A DNA stretch of 64,000 nucleotides. It comes from an uncultured Verrucomicrobiae bacterium (GTDB taxonomy: Bacteria > Verrucomicrobiota > Verrucomicrobiia > Chthoniobacterales > Chthoniobacteraceae). Both the position numbers and the translations under genes were made by a program. This document shows positions 49,886 to 59,588 of this stretch, in pieces. The DNA is taken from NCBI GenBank assembly GCA_963836755.1, contig CAWIKF010000002.1, forward strand, positions 832,001-896,000. The letters are read 5' to 3'. The notes below the pieces were generated by a model that did no database searches, had not been told where the DNA came from, and saw only the letters and a list, made by a program, of their open reading frames with translations. The first letter of the stretch is position 1; each line of letters opens with the position of its first letter.

Positions 49886-51016
49886 TTAAACAAAGACCTC
49901 TGCGATCGCGTCCGCCATCAATCGGCCTTTGCGCGTGAGCACCACACGCTCGCCGGAATCTTCCAGGAATCCGAGCTCGCGAAAGCCGCGAATTTGCTCG
50001 CTCCAAGGTTCCAGCGCGGCGCGCGCAAGTCCGCGATTTGTGCGCAGACCGAACGCCATGCGCTCGCTGAGTTGTGTCGCCGGCGAAAGGCTTTCTTCAA
50101 AGGCTCGCGGGGATCGGCCGTCGAAAAGCGCATCGGAGTAGGCGACGGAATCGCGAACATTTTCCCAGCGGTGATCGGCAACGGTCGAAAACGCGCCGGG
50201 GCCGATGCCGAGATAATCCGCGCCATTCCAATACGCGAAATTGTGCGCGGATTCGTATGCGGGTTTGGCGTAGTTCGAGATCTCGTAATGCGCGTATCCG
50301 GCGGATTCGAGCGCATCCATCGTCATCTCGAAAAAGTCGGCGCCGAGTTCGTCATCGCGATGAAATTCGCGGGACTGCAGTTTCTGAAAATAAGCCGTGT
50401 CTTCCTCGTAAGTCAGGCAATAGGCGGAGATGTGTTCGGGAGAAAACTCGATCAATTTTTCGAGATCGCGTTGCAGTTGAGCGGCTGTCTGCCCGGGCAC
50501 GGCGAACATGAGATCGAAATTGATGTTCGCGAAACCGGCTTCGCGCAATGTGTGAAAAGTTCGCTGCGAATGTTCAGCAGTGTGTGAGCGGCCGAGTTTC
50601 TGCAACGTCTCGTCATTCCAAGATTGAACACCAATGCTCGCGCGGTCGACGCCGAGCGTGTGGAGCAGCCGCGCTTTATCGGGCGAGACTGTGGCGGGAT
50701 TCATTTCAAACGTGAATTCCGTGAGCCGCGACAAGTCGAGACGAGCTCGCAGGCCGTTTAGCAAAAAATCGATCTGCGAGAGTGAGAGCGAAGTGGGCGT
50801 GCCGCCGCCGAAGTAAATTGTCTCGGGCTGAATTGCGAATGCGGCAGACTGTTTTTCGATTTCCAAAAGCAACGCGTCGAGGAATCGCGCCGATTTATTT
50901 CGCATCGTCGTCTCCACGTGAAAGCTGCAATACGGGCAGAGCTTCGCGCAAAACGGGATGTGGAAATAAAGATGGCGGATCGGATTTTCCGCCGCCGCTG
51001 GACTGGAATTAGTCAC
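49886..51016 (-). CDS. hemW: Radical SAM heme chaperone HemW
   Basis: LYFHIPFCAKLCPYCSF, YFGGGTPT, YEISNYA, HNFAYW; start uncertain. Confidence 0.9.
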   Translation of the reverse strand: MTNSSPAAAENPIRHLYFHIPFCAKLCPYCSFHVETTMRNKSARFLDALLLEIEKQSAAFAIQPETIYFGGGTPTSLSLSQIDFLLNGLRARLDLSRLTEFTFEMNPATVSPDKARLLHTLGVDRASIGVQSWNDETLQKLGRSHTAEHSQRTFHTLREAGFANINFDLMFAVPGQTAAQLQRDLEKLIEFSPEHISAYCLTYEEDTAYFQKLQSREFHRDDELGADFFEMTMDALESAGYAHYEISNYAKPAYESAHNFAYWNGADYLGIGPGAFSTVADHRWENVRDSVAYSDALFDGRSPRAFEESLSPATQLSERMAFGLRTNRGLARAALEPWSEQIRGFRELGFLEDSGERVVLTRKGRLMADAIAEVFV

Positions 51017-51070
51017 GGATGGATTTCGATTCCCTAATCCGTGATTGATGCTTGTCAATCGGTCGCTTGC

Positions 51071-52717
51071 TTAATGCGCGGTCGCTTTTTCGGAACCGAG
51101 GCCGGTGTTGGCGCGGACGGTGAGTTCCGTGAAACGTGCTTCAGCACTGGGTTCGCGGGTGACGAGCGTGCCGATGATCGCGGCGAGGAAGCCGAGCGGG
51201 ATGCTGATCAAACCGGGGTTCGAAAGCGAAAATAATGGCGCCCGCTGGATGAGATGGCGTGCGCTGGCCGCGACGGCTGGACCATCGATCCCCATGATCG
51301 TCGGGCTGATCAAAATGAGGCCGATGGAAGCGACGAGGCCGACGAGAAGACCAGAAACGGCGCCGGCGGTGTTGAAGCGTTTCCAGAAAATGGAGAACAA
51401 AATCACCGGCAGATTTGCGCTGGCCGCTACGGCAAAGGCGAGGCCGACGAGGAACGCGACGTTCGCATTGGGGCCGAGCGCGATGGCGAGCGAAATCGAA
51501 ACCGCGCCGACGATGAAGGCCGTGATCCGCGCGACGCGGACTTCCTGCCCCGGCGCTTGTTCTTTGCCGTGGTGGATGACGTTCGTGAAAAAGTCGTGGG
51601 CGAACGACGAGCTCGCGCTGATCGTGAGGCCGGCGACGACTGCGAGGATCGTGGCGAACGCTACGGCGCTGATGAACGCGAAGAAAACATTGCCGCCAAC
51701 GGCTTGCGCGAGCAGGGGAGCGGCCATGTTGCCGCCGCCGTTTTTCGTGATGAAATCCGGTCCGAGCAAGCTCGCGGCGCCGAAGCCGAAGAACGTCGTC
51801 ATGATATAAAAGATGCCGATGAGCACCATCGCCCACACCACGGAAGCGCGCGCGGTTTTTGCATCGGGCACGGTGTAAAAGCGGATGAGAATGTGCGGCA
51901 GGCCCGCTGTGCCGGCGACGAGCGCGAGGCAGAGCGAAATGAAATCGAGCGGGTTTTTAAATTTCATCCCGGGCGAAAGAAAATCCTGTGTCAGCGTCGC
52001 GCCGGCTTTGTGCGAGACGATGTGCGAGAGGGAATTGAAAAATTCCGCGAAGCTGAAATGGAACTTTGCCATCACGAGCACGCTCAGAAAAACGCTTCCG
52101 CTCATGAGCAGAATCGCTTTCACGATTTGCACCCACGTCGTCGCGATCATCCCGCCGAAGACGACGTAAACAATCATCAGCGCGCCGACGATGCAGACGG
52201 CTTCGTTGTAGGAAATCATGCTGCCGATCAGCGTCTTCACGAGATCGCCGGCGCCGACCATCTGCGCGATCATGTAGAAAATGGAAACGGTGATTGTGCT
52301 CAGCGACGCCGCGGCGCGGACCGGGCGCGGGTTGAGGCGATAGGCGAGCACATCGGCCATCGTGTATTTGCCGGCGTTGCGCAGCGGCTCGGCCACGAGC
52401 AATAGCACGGTGAGATACGCAACGAGGAAACCGACCGAGTAAAGAAACCCGTCGTAGCCAGAGAGCGCGATCATTCCGGCGATGCCGAGAAAGCTCGCCG
52501 CGCTCATGTAATCGCCCGCGACTGCGAGGCCGTTCTGCCATCCGGTGATGCGGCGTCCCGCGGCGAAATACGCGTTCGAGCCGGTCGCCTTTCGCGCGCT
52601 GAACCATGTGATGACCAGCGTCGCGGCGACGAAGCCGACGAACATGAAGAGCGCGGTGTAGTTGACCGGCGAGGCCGCGGCGGCAACGGCGAGGAACGGA
52701 GAAAAGTTCATGCTCAA
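51071..52717 (-). CDS. actP: Cation/acetate symporter ActP (SSS family)
   Basis: [52 protein letters not shown]. Confidence 0.92.
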   Translation of the reverse strand: MSMNFSPFLAVAAAASPVNYTALFMFVGFVAATLVITWFSARKATGSNAYFAAGRRITGWQNGLAVAGDYMSAASFLGIAGMIALSGYDGFLYSVGFLVAYLTVLLLVAEPLRNAGKYTMADVLAYRLNPRPVRAAASLSTITVSIFYMIAQMVGAGDLVKTLIGSMISYNEAVCIVGALMIVYVVFGGMIATTWVQIVKAILLMSGSVFLSVLVMAKFHFSFAEFFNSLSHIVSHKAGATLTQDFLSPGMKFKNPLDFISLCLALVAGTAGLPHILIRFYTVPDAKTARASVVWAMVLIGIFYIMTTFFGFGAASLLGPDFITKNGGGNMAAPLLAQAVGGNVFFAFISAVAFATILAVVAGLTISASSSFAHDFFTNVIHHGKEQAPGQEVRVARITAFIVGAVSISLAIALGPNANVAFLVGLAFAVAASANLPVILFSIFWKRFNTAGAVSGLLVGLVASIGLILISPTIMGIDGPAVAASARHLIQRAPLFSLSNPGLISIPLGFLAAIIGTLVTREPSAEARFTELTVRANTGLGSEKATAH

Positions 52718-53127
52718 CGTTTGCTAAACTTCGCGAGAATGGCTGCAGCCGACTTGTCCCAGCCGCCCGCTTTTTTGACGTAAAGCGCGGCGACGATCCA
52801 CGCCATCAGGAACTGCGAGAGCGCAAAGATGTAGCCAATGTTCACGCTGCCGACTTTGGTTTTCATGAAGTCGGGGAACCAGCCGACCAGCACCGGAAGC
52901 GCAAAATAATAGACGAGGAAAAAAATCGTGGTTGGCGCGATGAACGCGATCTTCGCCGCGAGCAACTTTTTAAAGTCCGCGTCGGCGGCGATTTCGTCCC
53001 AGTTGATGTTGCCGCGCTCCTCGTCGGCGGTGAGTTCGTGCGCGGGTTTCGTGCCGCGGCCGAGCGGGGCGATGTCCGTTTGCGAGCCGACGATCGGCGT
53101 CGGGTCGCTCGACTCCGGGGTGTTCAT
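52714..53127 (-). CDS. DUF485 (YjcH-like) membrane protein
   Basis: [24 protein letters not shown]…FALSQF..AWI; overlaps the actP start. Confidence 0.85.
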   Translation of the reverse strand: MNTPESSDPTPIVGSQTDIAPLGRGTKPAHELTADEERGNINWDEIAADADFKKLLAAKIAFIAPTTIFFLVYYFALPVLVGWFPDFMKTKVGSVNIGYIFALSQFLMAWIVAALYVKKAGGWDKSAAAILAKFSKR

Positions 53128-53227
53128 GCGCGCGACGTTAGCATGCGACAATTGTGCAACAAGGAGAAACGCGCAGGAAACGCTTGGGAATCGCGCCGAA
53201 TCTTCGTTAAAGTTTTGATCCCATATT

Positions 53228-55009
53228 ATGGCCGCGACCCGTTCCCAAAAATCACTGAAGACAAAGTCCGACAAAGCCGCGCAGCGCGAGCATTCGCGCA
53301 TCGTGGTCGATGGCGTAGAGCGCGCGCCGAGCCGCGCGATGCTGCATGCGGTCGGATTCACGGCGGCGGATTTTAAAAAATCGCAGATCGGCGTCGCGTC
53401 GCTCTGGAGCATGGTCACGCCGTGCAACATGCACATCGACAAGCTCGCGATCGAGGCGCAGAACGGCGTGAACATGGCCGGCGGAAAGGCCGTCATCTTT
53501 GGCGCCATCACGATCTCCGACGGCATCTCGATGGGCACCGAAGGGATGAAATATTCGCTCGTTTCGCGCGAGGTCATTGCCGATTCCATCGAAACCGTCG
53601 TCGGCTGCGAAGGCTTTGACGGCCTCGTCGCGATCGGCGGTTGCGACAAAAATATGCCAGGTTGTTTGATCGGCATCGCGCGGATGAATCGCCCGTCGGT
53701 CTTCGTTTACGGCGGCACCATTTTGCCCGGCTGCATCACCGGCCAGATCGTCTCGCAGCGGCTCGGGCGCAAAGTCGACACCGCTGGCGCACCCGAGCGG
53801 CTGCTCGATCTAGTCTCGGTCTTCGAGGCAGTCGGCGCGCATGCGAATGGCCGCATCGGCGAGGACGAGCTGCAGCAAATCGAGGCCGCGGCCATCCCCG
53901 GCGCCGGCTCGTGCGGCGGCATGTATACCGCGAACACCATGGCATCGGCGATCGAAGCGCTCGGCATGAGTTTGCCGAATAGCTCCGCACAGACGGCCAT
54001 CTCCGCGGCGAAAATCGAGGATTGCCGCAACGCCGGAGCCGCCGTCATGCATCTGCTCCAACGCGGCATCCGCCCGCTCGACATCATGACGCGCGAGGCT
54101 TTTGAAAATGCGATCACCGTCGTCATCGCGCTCGGCGGCTCGACAAACGCTGTGTTACATCTGCTGGCAATGGCGCACGCCGCTGGCGTCAAACTTACGA
54201 TCGATGACTTCACGCGCGTCGGCAAACGCGTGCCCGTGCTCGCCGATTTGAAACCGAGCGGCCGCTATTTGATGTCCGAGCTCGTCGCAATCGGCGGCCA
54301 GACGCCGCTGATGAAAACTTTGCTCAATGAAGGGCTGCTCCACGGCGACTGCCTCACCGTCACCGGCAAGACCGTGAAACAAAACCTCGCGGGCGTGAAA
54401 CCGTATCCCGCCGGCCAGCAGATCGTGCGGCCCTTTCGCGATCCGATCAAAAAAGAAAGCCACCTCGTCATCCTGCGCGGCAACCTCGCCCCCGACGGCG
54501 CCGTTGCGAAAATCTCCGGCAAGGAAGGGCTCAGCTTCACCGGCAGCGCCCGCGTTTTTGAGTCGGAGGAAACCGCGCTCGCCGCCATCCTCGACGGCAC
54601 AGTCCGCGCGGGCGACGTCGTCGTCATCCGCTACGAAGGCCCGCGCGGCGGTCCCGGCATGCGCGAGATGCTTTCGCCCACCTCCGCCATTATGGGCAAA
54701 GGTCTCGGCAAAGACGTCGCGCTGATCACCGACGGTCGATTTTCCGGCGGCAGCCACGGCTTCGTCGTCGGCCACATCACGCCCGAGGCGTATTGCGGCG
54801 GCCTGCTCGCCGTCGTCAAAAACGGCGACCGCATCACCATCGACGCCAGCAAACGTGCGATCACCCTCGTGGTCCCGAAAGCCGAGCTCGCCGCGCGATT
54901 GAAAAAATGGCGTGCGCCGAAGCCGCGCTACACCCGCGGCGTCCTGGCGAAATACGCAAAGCTCGTCAGCACCGCCAGTGACGGTGCCGTGACCGACAAG
55001 ACCTTGTAG
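53228..55009 (+). CDS. ilvD: Dihydroxy-acid dehydratase
   Basis: [57 protein letters not shown]. Confidence 0.96.
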   Translation: MAATRSQKSLKTKSDKAAQREHSRIVVDGVERAPSRAMLHAVGFTAADFKKSQIGVASLWSMVTPCNMHIDKLAIEAQNGVNMAGGKAVIFGAITISDGISMGTEGMKYSLVSREVIADSIETVVGCEGFDGLVAIGGCDKNMPGCLIGIARMNRPSVFVYGGTILPGCITGQIVSQRLGRKVDTAGAPERLLDLVSVFEAVGAHANGRIGEDELQQIEAAAIPGAGSCGGMYTANTMASAIEALGMSLPNSSAQTAISAAKIEDCRNAGAAVMHLLQRGIRPLDIMTREAFENAITVVIALGGSTNAVLHLLAMAHAAGVKLTIDDFTRVGKRVPVLADLKPSGRYLMSELVAIGGQTPLMKTLLNEGLLHGDCLTVTGKTVKQNLAGVKPYPAGQQIVRPFRDPIKKESHLVILRGNLAPDGAVAKISGKEGLSFTGSARVFESEETALAAILDGTVRAGDVVVIRYEGPRGGPGMREMLSPTSAIMGKGLGKDVALITDGRFSGGSHGFVVGHITPEAYCGGLLAVVKNGDRITIDASKRAITLVVPKAELAARLKKWRAPKPRYTRGVLAKYAKLVSTASDGAVTDKTL

Positions 55010-55199
55010 CAAAGTTTGACGCCGCGCATGCGCGCCCGCGACTCAGCTTTCACCGATCCCGCACACGCAAAGAGCGGCAGCCCGATCCAAAAGGCTGCCG
55101 CGCCACTCATCATGGGAAAAGTGAGGAACGCGCTACCTCCAGCAGGCAGCAACTGTGCCACGCCGTCCTCTTTTCGTGTAAATGGGACTGCAAAGGGCC

Positions 55200-55445
55200 A
55201 GAAAAACTTTTTCCGGCCCAGTTGAGACTTCAAACCCTCCGGAAAAACTTCGTCTGGCCATGTTGAAGCTTCACATCGTCCGGAAAAACTTCATCTGTGA
55301 GAAAAAAGGCCTCAACTCTCTCAGAATTGTTTCGTCCGGCCCTCCTGAAGCTTCAAACCCTCTGGAAAAACTTTTTCCAGCCTACTTGAAGCTTCAAACA
55401 CCCCGGAAAAACTTCGTCAAGCCTTCTACAGCTGTAAAAACCCGC
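55200..55445. repeat. Six degenerate tandem 41-bp repeats, each with two palindromic half-units
   Basis: Units start at 55200, 55241, 55282, 55323, 55364 and 55405. Consensus is about GGAAAAACTTYKTCCGGCCnnnTTGAAGCTTCAAAccctcc. Confidence 0.85.
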
Positions 55446-55550
55446 CTGGAGATTCCAGATGCCTTTCTGGAGCCTCGGATTCCCTCCAAGGCGAGGGCAT
55501 ATATTAATGTAAGCCGACATCATGATGCCTTCGTTAGCACCTATCCCTCA

Positions 55551-55578
55551 TTGACAAGATAAACCCGTCCGCCATTCT
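55551..55578 (+). promoter_or_regulatory. Candidate sigma-70 promoter
   Basis: TTGACA-N16-CATTCT upstream of the small-gene cluster. Confidence 0.4.
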
Positions 55579-55667
55579 CCAGCTTATGCCGACACAGACC
55601 TTGGGGCATTAGGCCGAGACCAGTCGGCCCAATAGGATGTTAGGCGTTTCCTCGCGTTCATCCAAAT

Positions 55668-56000
55668 ATGATTACACTCATCGTTTTCGCTAGAGTAAAG
55701 CCGGGGACACGCGAAGAGTTGCTGGAAACCGGACGCGTGCTTTTCGATGAACTCTCAAAAGAGCCAACCTTCCTCGACGCATGGCTTCACACAACCGAAG
55801 ACGATCCCGATTTGATCGTCGTCTACGAGCGATGGAATGAGACGCAGGAGTCGTTTATTCGCGACCTGTTGCCGAAGCCCTTTTACAAACCATATCTCGA
55901 AGTTCTCGAACGAATCGGCCTTAGTCGTGAGATTCACTTCCTTGATGAGCGTCATGCGTGGCACGCACCAACAACGCAAGGACCAAAATCAAACCCATGA
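55668..56000 (+). CDS. Antibiotic biosynthesis monooxygenase (ABM)-like protein
   Basis: ARVKPG.REE…EP.F…DP..IVVYERW pattern, 110 aa. Confidence 0.75.
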   Translation: MITLIVFARVKPGTREELLETGRVLFDELSKEPTFLDAWLHTTEDDPDLIVVYERWNETQESFIRDLLPKPFYKPYLEVLERIGLSREIHFLDERHAWHAPTTQGPKSNP

Positions 56001-56272
56001 AAGAATACATCATGATCAATCACGGAGTAGGTTCTCCCGCAAGCTGGGACGAATATTTCAAGATGCTCCACGATGAGGGACACATGATGGGAGGCTCGGC
56101 TTTGGATCACGGAATCTCTGTGAGAGACGGCAAGTTTTCAGATGCTCAGTCTCAAACCATTACTGGCTATATCGTGATACAAGCGGAAGACCTGGATGCA
56201 GCACGGAAGATTATGTTGCAGAGCCCGATCCACCAAGCGGGAGGAACAGTGGAGCTATTCACGTTGGTATGA
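55997..56272 (+). CDS. YciI-like protein
   Basis: ITGYIVIQAEDLDAARKI..SPIHQAGGTVE; ATGA overlap with the ABM gene. Confidence 0.75.
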   Translation: MKEYIMINHGVGSPASWDEYFKMLHDEGHMMGGSALDHGISVRDGKFSDAQSQTITGYIVIQAEDLDAARKIMLQSPIHQAGGTVELFTLV

Positions 56273-56315
56273 CAGGTCGCTCAGTGTCCCTCGGCTCGCT
56301 CTTCCCTATTTCAAT

Positions 56316-56540
56316 ATGAAACTCGTCCTGCTGCTGGTTATCCTACTCGCTGTGCTACCTATCGCCCTATGTCGGAGCATCGTGCGGCGTGTGTTACTCG
56401 CCGTGTCTGTGCTCGTGCTTGGCGCGCTGTGCGTTCACGTCCTCGCTGTTGCTTGTATATTCACCTACTCCCTCGTCCATGAGCGGGGCTCGGGAGGGTT
56501 TGCTCCCGTGGCGGTTCCCGCAACTCAAGGCTATCGCTAA
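56316..56540 (+). CDS. Small hydrophobic hypothetical protein (possibly a remnant)
   Basis: Two hydrophobic stretches after the ATG at 56316. Confidence 0.4.
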   Translation: MKLVLLLVILLAVLPIALCRSIVRRVLLAVSVLVLGALCVHVLAVACIFTYSLVHERGSGGFAPVAVPATQGYR

Positions 56541-56629
56541 TCCTGTCCGCCGCCTAATCACGCGCGCCAGCGAGCAGAGGCGCGATTAAAGGCGACAACT
56601 GAGATACACCTGTATTAATACGCTATTTT

Positions 56630-57040
56630 ATGCCGGCCGATTTTTTGATCGATGAGGAACAGCAGATGGTTTTCAGCTATGGATGGGGCACGCTTAGCTT
56701 TGCGGATGTGAAGGATCATCGGACCCGGTTGTTCGCCGATCCGAAATACAATTCTCGCTTCCGACAAGTCGCGAATCTCCTGGATGTGACAGAGATGAAC
56801 TTTACCAGCGATCAAATCTGGACGCTCGCAATCGAGACGGTCCTTTCGCCGTGGTCTCCTCGTGCAATCGTGGCTCCTCAGAAACATTTCGGTTTGGCCA
56901 GGATGTTTCATGGCCATTCTGAACGTCAAAATATTCTGGTCTTCCGCGAGCTGGAGAAAGCGGTGGAATGGGTGAAAATACCCTTCGATGCTGCGGTGAA
57001 GGCCTTTGACAAGATCCGTCAGAAGCACGCCTTGGCATAG
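56630..57040 (+). CDS. Hypothetical protein (STAS/SpoIIAA-like alpha/beta)
   Basis: RAIVAP..FGLARMF…VFRELEKAVEW pattern, 136 aa. Confidence 0.65.
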   Translation: MPADFLIDEEQQMVFSYGWGTLSFADVKDHRTRLFADPKYNSRFRQVANLLDVTEMNFTSDQIWTLAIETVLSPWSPRAIVAPQKHFGLARMFHGHSERQNILVFRELEKAVEWVKIPFDAAVKAFDKIRQKHALA

Positions 57041-57125
57041 CGTCGTCGAATTCTTTTGGAGACTTAGGTCCAAAGCCGGGGCGCCCAAGCAGCCGTGTCC
57101 GCCGCTGGAAACGAACGTAGATGGA

Positions 57126-57329
57126 ATGAAAACTTTCCGAATCCCTTTGGCTGTGGCTTCCGTCTTGCTGGTCGCGGGATTTTCCGCGTGTCAAACCCAC
57201 CCCGCTTCATCGGCTCACGAGGAAGGCCGAAGCTTTCAACAGCAGACCAATCAGACGATGAATCCGATCACGCGGACTTATGAGCAGGAGCCGCCGTTTG
57301 GGCCGCGCTCGAACAAGAGTTACGACTAG
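57126..57329 (+). CDS. Small putative lipoprotein
   Basis: MKTFRIPLAVASVLLVAGFSAC lipobox. Confidence 0.6.
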   Translation: MKTFRIPLAVASVLLVAGFSACQTHPASSAHEEGRSFQQQTNQTMNPITRTYEQEPPFGPRSNKSYD

Positions 57330-57330
57330 C

Positions 57331-58455
57331 TCAATCCGCCGGTTGCATGGCCGGCGCGAAGACGAAGTCTCCGAGCCGCGCTTTGAGCGCATCGAGGCCC
57401 AACTCTTTTTCGGCTGAAACGGGAATGACTTCGCGCTTCCGAAAGCGGCGCTTGAAAGCGGCAAGATTTTCCTCGGCGCCGGGCAGGTCCATTTTGTTCG
57501 CAACCACGATCCACGGCCGGTCGGCAAGGGTCGGGTCGTAAAGTTTCAACTCTTCGCGCAGCTTGCCGAGATCATCGAGCGGGTTGCGTCCTTCGCTGCC
57601 GGCCATGTCGAGGACGAAAAGCAGAAGCTTGCAGCGGACGATGTGCCGGAGAAATTCGTGGCCGAGCCCGACGTTCAAGTGTGCGCCTTCGATCAAGCCC
57701 GGAATGTCTGCGACCGTGGCGCGCGCGTAGCCGGGAAAGTCCACGACCCCGATGACCGGGTGCAGCGTGGTGAAAGGATACGCAGCGACCTTCGGATGCG
57801 CTGCCGAGATGCTGCTGAGCAACGTGGACTTTCCCGCGTTTGGATAACCGACGAGGCCGGCATCCGCAATCGTGCGGAGTTCAAACAAAAATTCGCCTTC
57901 CTCGCCCGCTTCGCCCGGCGTGTATTCGCGCGGCACGCGGTTGCGCGAGCTTTTGAAATGGACGTTGCCTTTGCCGCCATCGCCGCCGCGGCAGAGCACA
58001 AATTCCTGCCCGTCCTGCGTGAGGTCGGCGAGCAATTCCAGGTTTTCCTGCGGGCGCGTGCCGGCCCCGGGCGCGGGCTCTTCATCGATCTCGCGCTCCA
58101 GATTGATCGCGCGCCCGATCATGCTGACCGGCGTCCCTTTCTCGCCCGTCTCCTTCTTCGGCATCCGATAAACGAGGGTGCCGACCGGCACGGCGACGAT
58201 CTTCGGTTTCGCCGCGCGGCCGTAGCAGTTTTTACTGCCGCCGTGCTCGCCGTCTTTCGCCTTGATGATCGGCTCGTAGAAAAAATTCGCTAGATTGTCC
58301 GTGTGCGAGCTCGCATGCAGAATGATATCGCCGCCACGTCCGCCGTCGCCGCCGTTCGGGCCGCCCTTCGGCACGAACTTCTCGCGCCGAAAGCTGACCA
58401 TGCCGCTGCCTCCGTCGCCGGCTTTGGCGCTGACTTTGATGTGATCGACGAACAT
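57331..58455 (-). CDS. obgE: GTPase ObgE
   Basis: FRREKFVPKGGPNGGDGGRGG, GYPNAGKSTLL, YPFTTLHP, ADIPGLIEGA, ANKMD. Confidence 0.96.
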   Translation of the reverse strand: MFVDHIKVSAKAGDGGSGMVSFRREKFVPKGGPNGGDGGRGGDIILHASSHTDNLANFFYEPIIKAKDGEHGGSKNCYGRAAKPKIVAVPVGTLVYRMPKKETGEKGTPVSMIGRAINLEREIDEEPAPGAGTRPQENLELLADLTQDGQEFVLCRGGDGGKGNVHFKSSRNRVPREYTPGEAGEEGEFLFELRTIADAGLVGYPNAGKSTLLSSISAAHPKVAAYPFTTLHPVIGVVDFPGYARATVADIPGLIEGAHLNVGLGHEFLRHIVRCKLLLFVLDMAGSEGRNPLDDLGKLREELKLYDPTLADRPWIVVANKMDLPGAEENLAAFKRRFRKREVIPVSAEKELGLDALKARLGDFVFAPAMQPAD

Positions 58456-58550
58456 GCGCCGGAATGTCGATGGGCGGCGCGTGCTTGTCGAATGCGGAAA
58501 TCAACTCGTCACTCGACACCCCGCGTGCGCCGCTTCTATCTTTTCGCCCG

Positions 58551-59585
58551 ATGAATCTCGTCAAAGTCGCCGTGCTCGGCGCGACAGGCTATTCCGGCGA
58601 AGAGCTGATTCGCATCCTGCTGCGGCATTCCGGCGTGGAATTGTGCGCAGTGACCTCGCGCACGCACGCGGGCAAAACGCTCGCGGAGATTTTTCCGCGA
58701 TTCGCCGCGAGGCAGTTCTCGGATCTAAAATTCATCGCATCCGAAGTGGCGGGCGTCGTCGCCAGCGGTGCGCAAATCGCGATTCTCGCGCTTCCACACG
58801 GCGCGGCGGCAGAATTCGCGAAGCCGCTCCTCGCCGCCAAACTGCGCGTGATCGATCTCTCCGCGGACTTCCGAATCAAAGACGCGCAAGTTTACGCCGA
58901 TTATTATGGCGCGCCGCATCCGGCGCCGGAGCTGCTCGCGCAAAGTGTCTACGGTTTGCCCGAACTTTATCGCGATGAAATTCGCGGCGCGCAGATCGTC
59001 GCTTCGCCCGGCTGCTATCCGACCAGCATTATTTTGCCGCTGCACCCGCTTTTGAAAAATCGGCTGCTCGATCCGCGCAGCATTTGCGTGACGAGTTTGA
59101 GCGGCGTCAGCGGCGCCGGACGCAAAGCCGAAGTCAACCTGCTCTTTGCCGAGTGCAATGAAAGTGTGCGCGCTTACGGCGTGCCGAAGCATCGGCATCT
59201 CGCCGAGATCGAGCAGGAACTCAGCGCCGCGGCCGATGAAACGGTCGTGATTAATTTCACGCCGCATCTCGTGCCGATCACGCGCGGCATCGTCTCCACG
59301 ATTTACGCGCAGCCGGCGCCAAACGTTGACGCGCAGGCCATTTTCAAAACGTTGACGGAAGTTTATAAAGCCGAAGCTTTTGTCCGCTTGCGAGGCGGAG
59401 AGGGCGAGGCCGACACGAAGAATGTGGCGAACACCAATTTCATCGACATCGCGTGGCGGCACGACCCGCGCACCGGCCGCGTCATTTTAATGAGTGCCGA
59501 GGATAATCTCGTCAAAGGCGCTTCGGGACAGGCCGTGCAAAGTTTGAACCTGATGTGCGGCTGGCCGGAGGAAACCGCGCTTTAA
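58551..59585 (+). CDS. argC: N-acetyl-gamma-glutamyl-phosphate reductase
   Basis: GATGYSG, IDLSADFR, PGCYPT, SGVSGAGR, DNLVKGASGQAVQ. Confidence 0.96.
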   Translation: MNLVKVAVLGATGYSGEELIRILLRHSGVELCAVTSRTHAGKTLAEIFPRFAARQFSDLKFIASEVAGVVASGAQIAILALPHGAAAEFAKPLLAAKLRVIDLSADFRIKDAQVYADYYGAPHPAPELLAQSVYGLPELYRDEIRGAQIVASPGCYPTSIILPLHPLLKNRLLDPRSICVTSLSGVSGAGRKAEVNLLFAECNESVRAYGVPKHRHLAEIEQELSAAADETVVINFTPHLVPITRGIVSTIYAQPAPNVDAQAIFKTLTEVYKAEAFVRLRGGEGEADTKNVANTNFIDIAWRHDPRTGRVILMSAEDNLVKGASGQAVQSLNLMCGWPEETAL

Positions 59586-59588
59586 AAA

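Noticed and set aside
52714..53676. 320-aa version of the DUF485 ORF
   Set aside because: The extension overlaps ilvD antisense; the plausible start is ATG 53127.
55200..55445. CRISPR array
   Set aside because: Units are similar along their whole 41 bp, with no repeat/unique-spacer alternation and no cas genes in the window.
55182..55562. 126-aa ORF across the repeats
   Set aside because: The 41-bp period changes frame in each unit and the translation is not protein-like.
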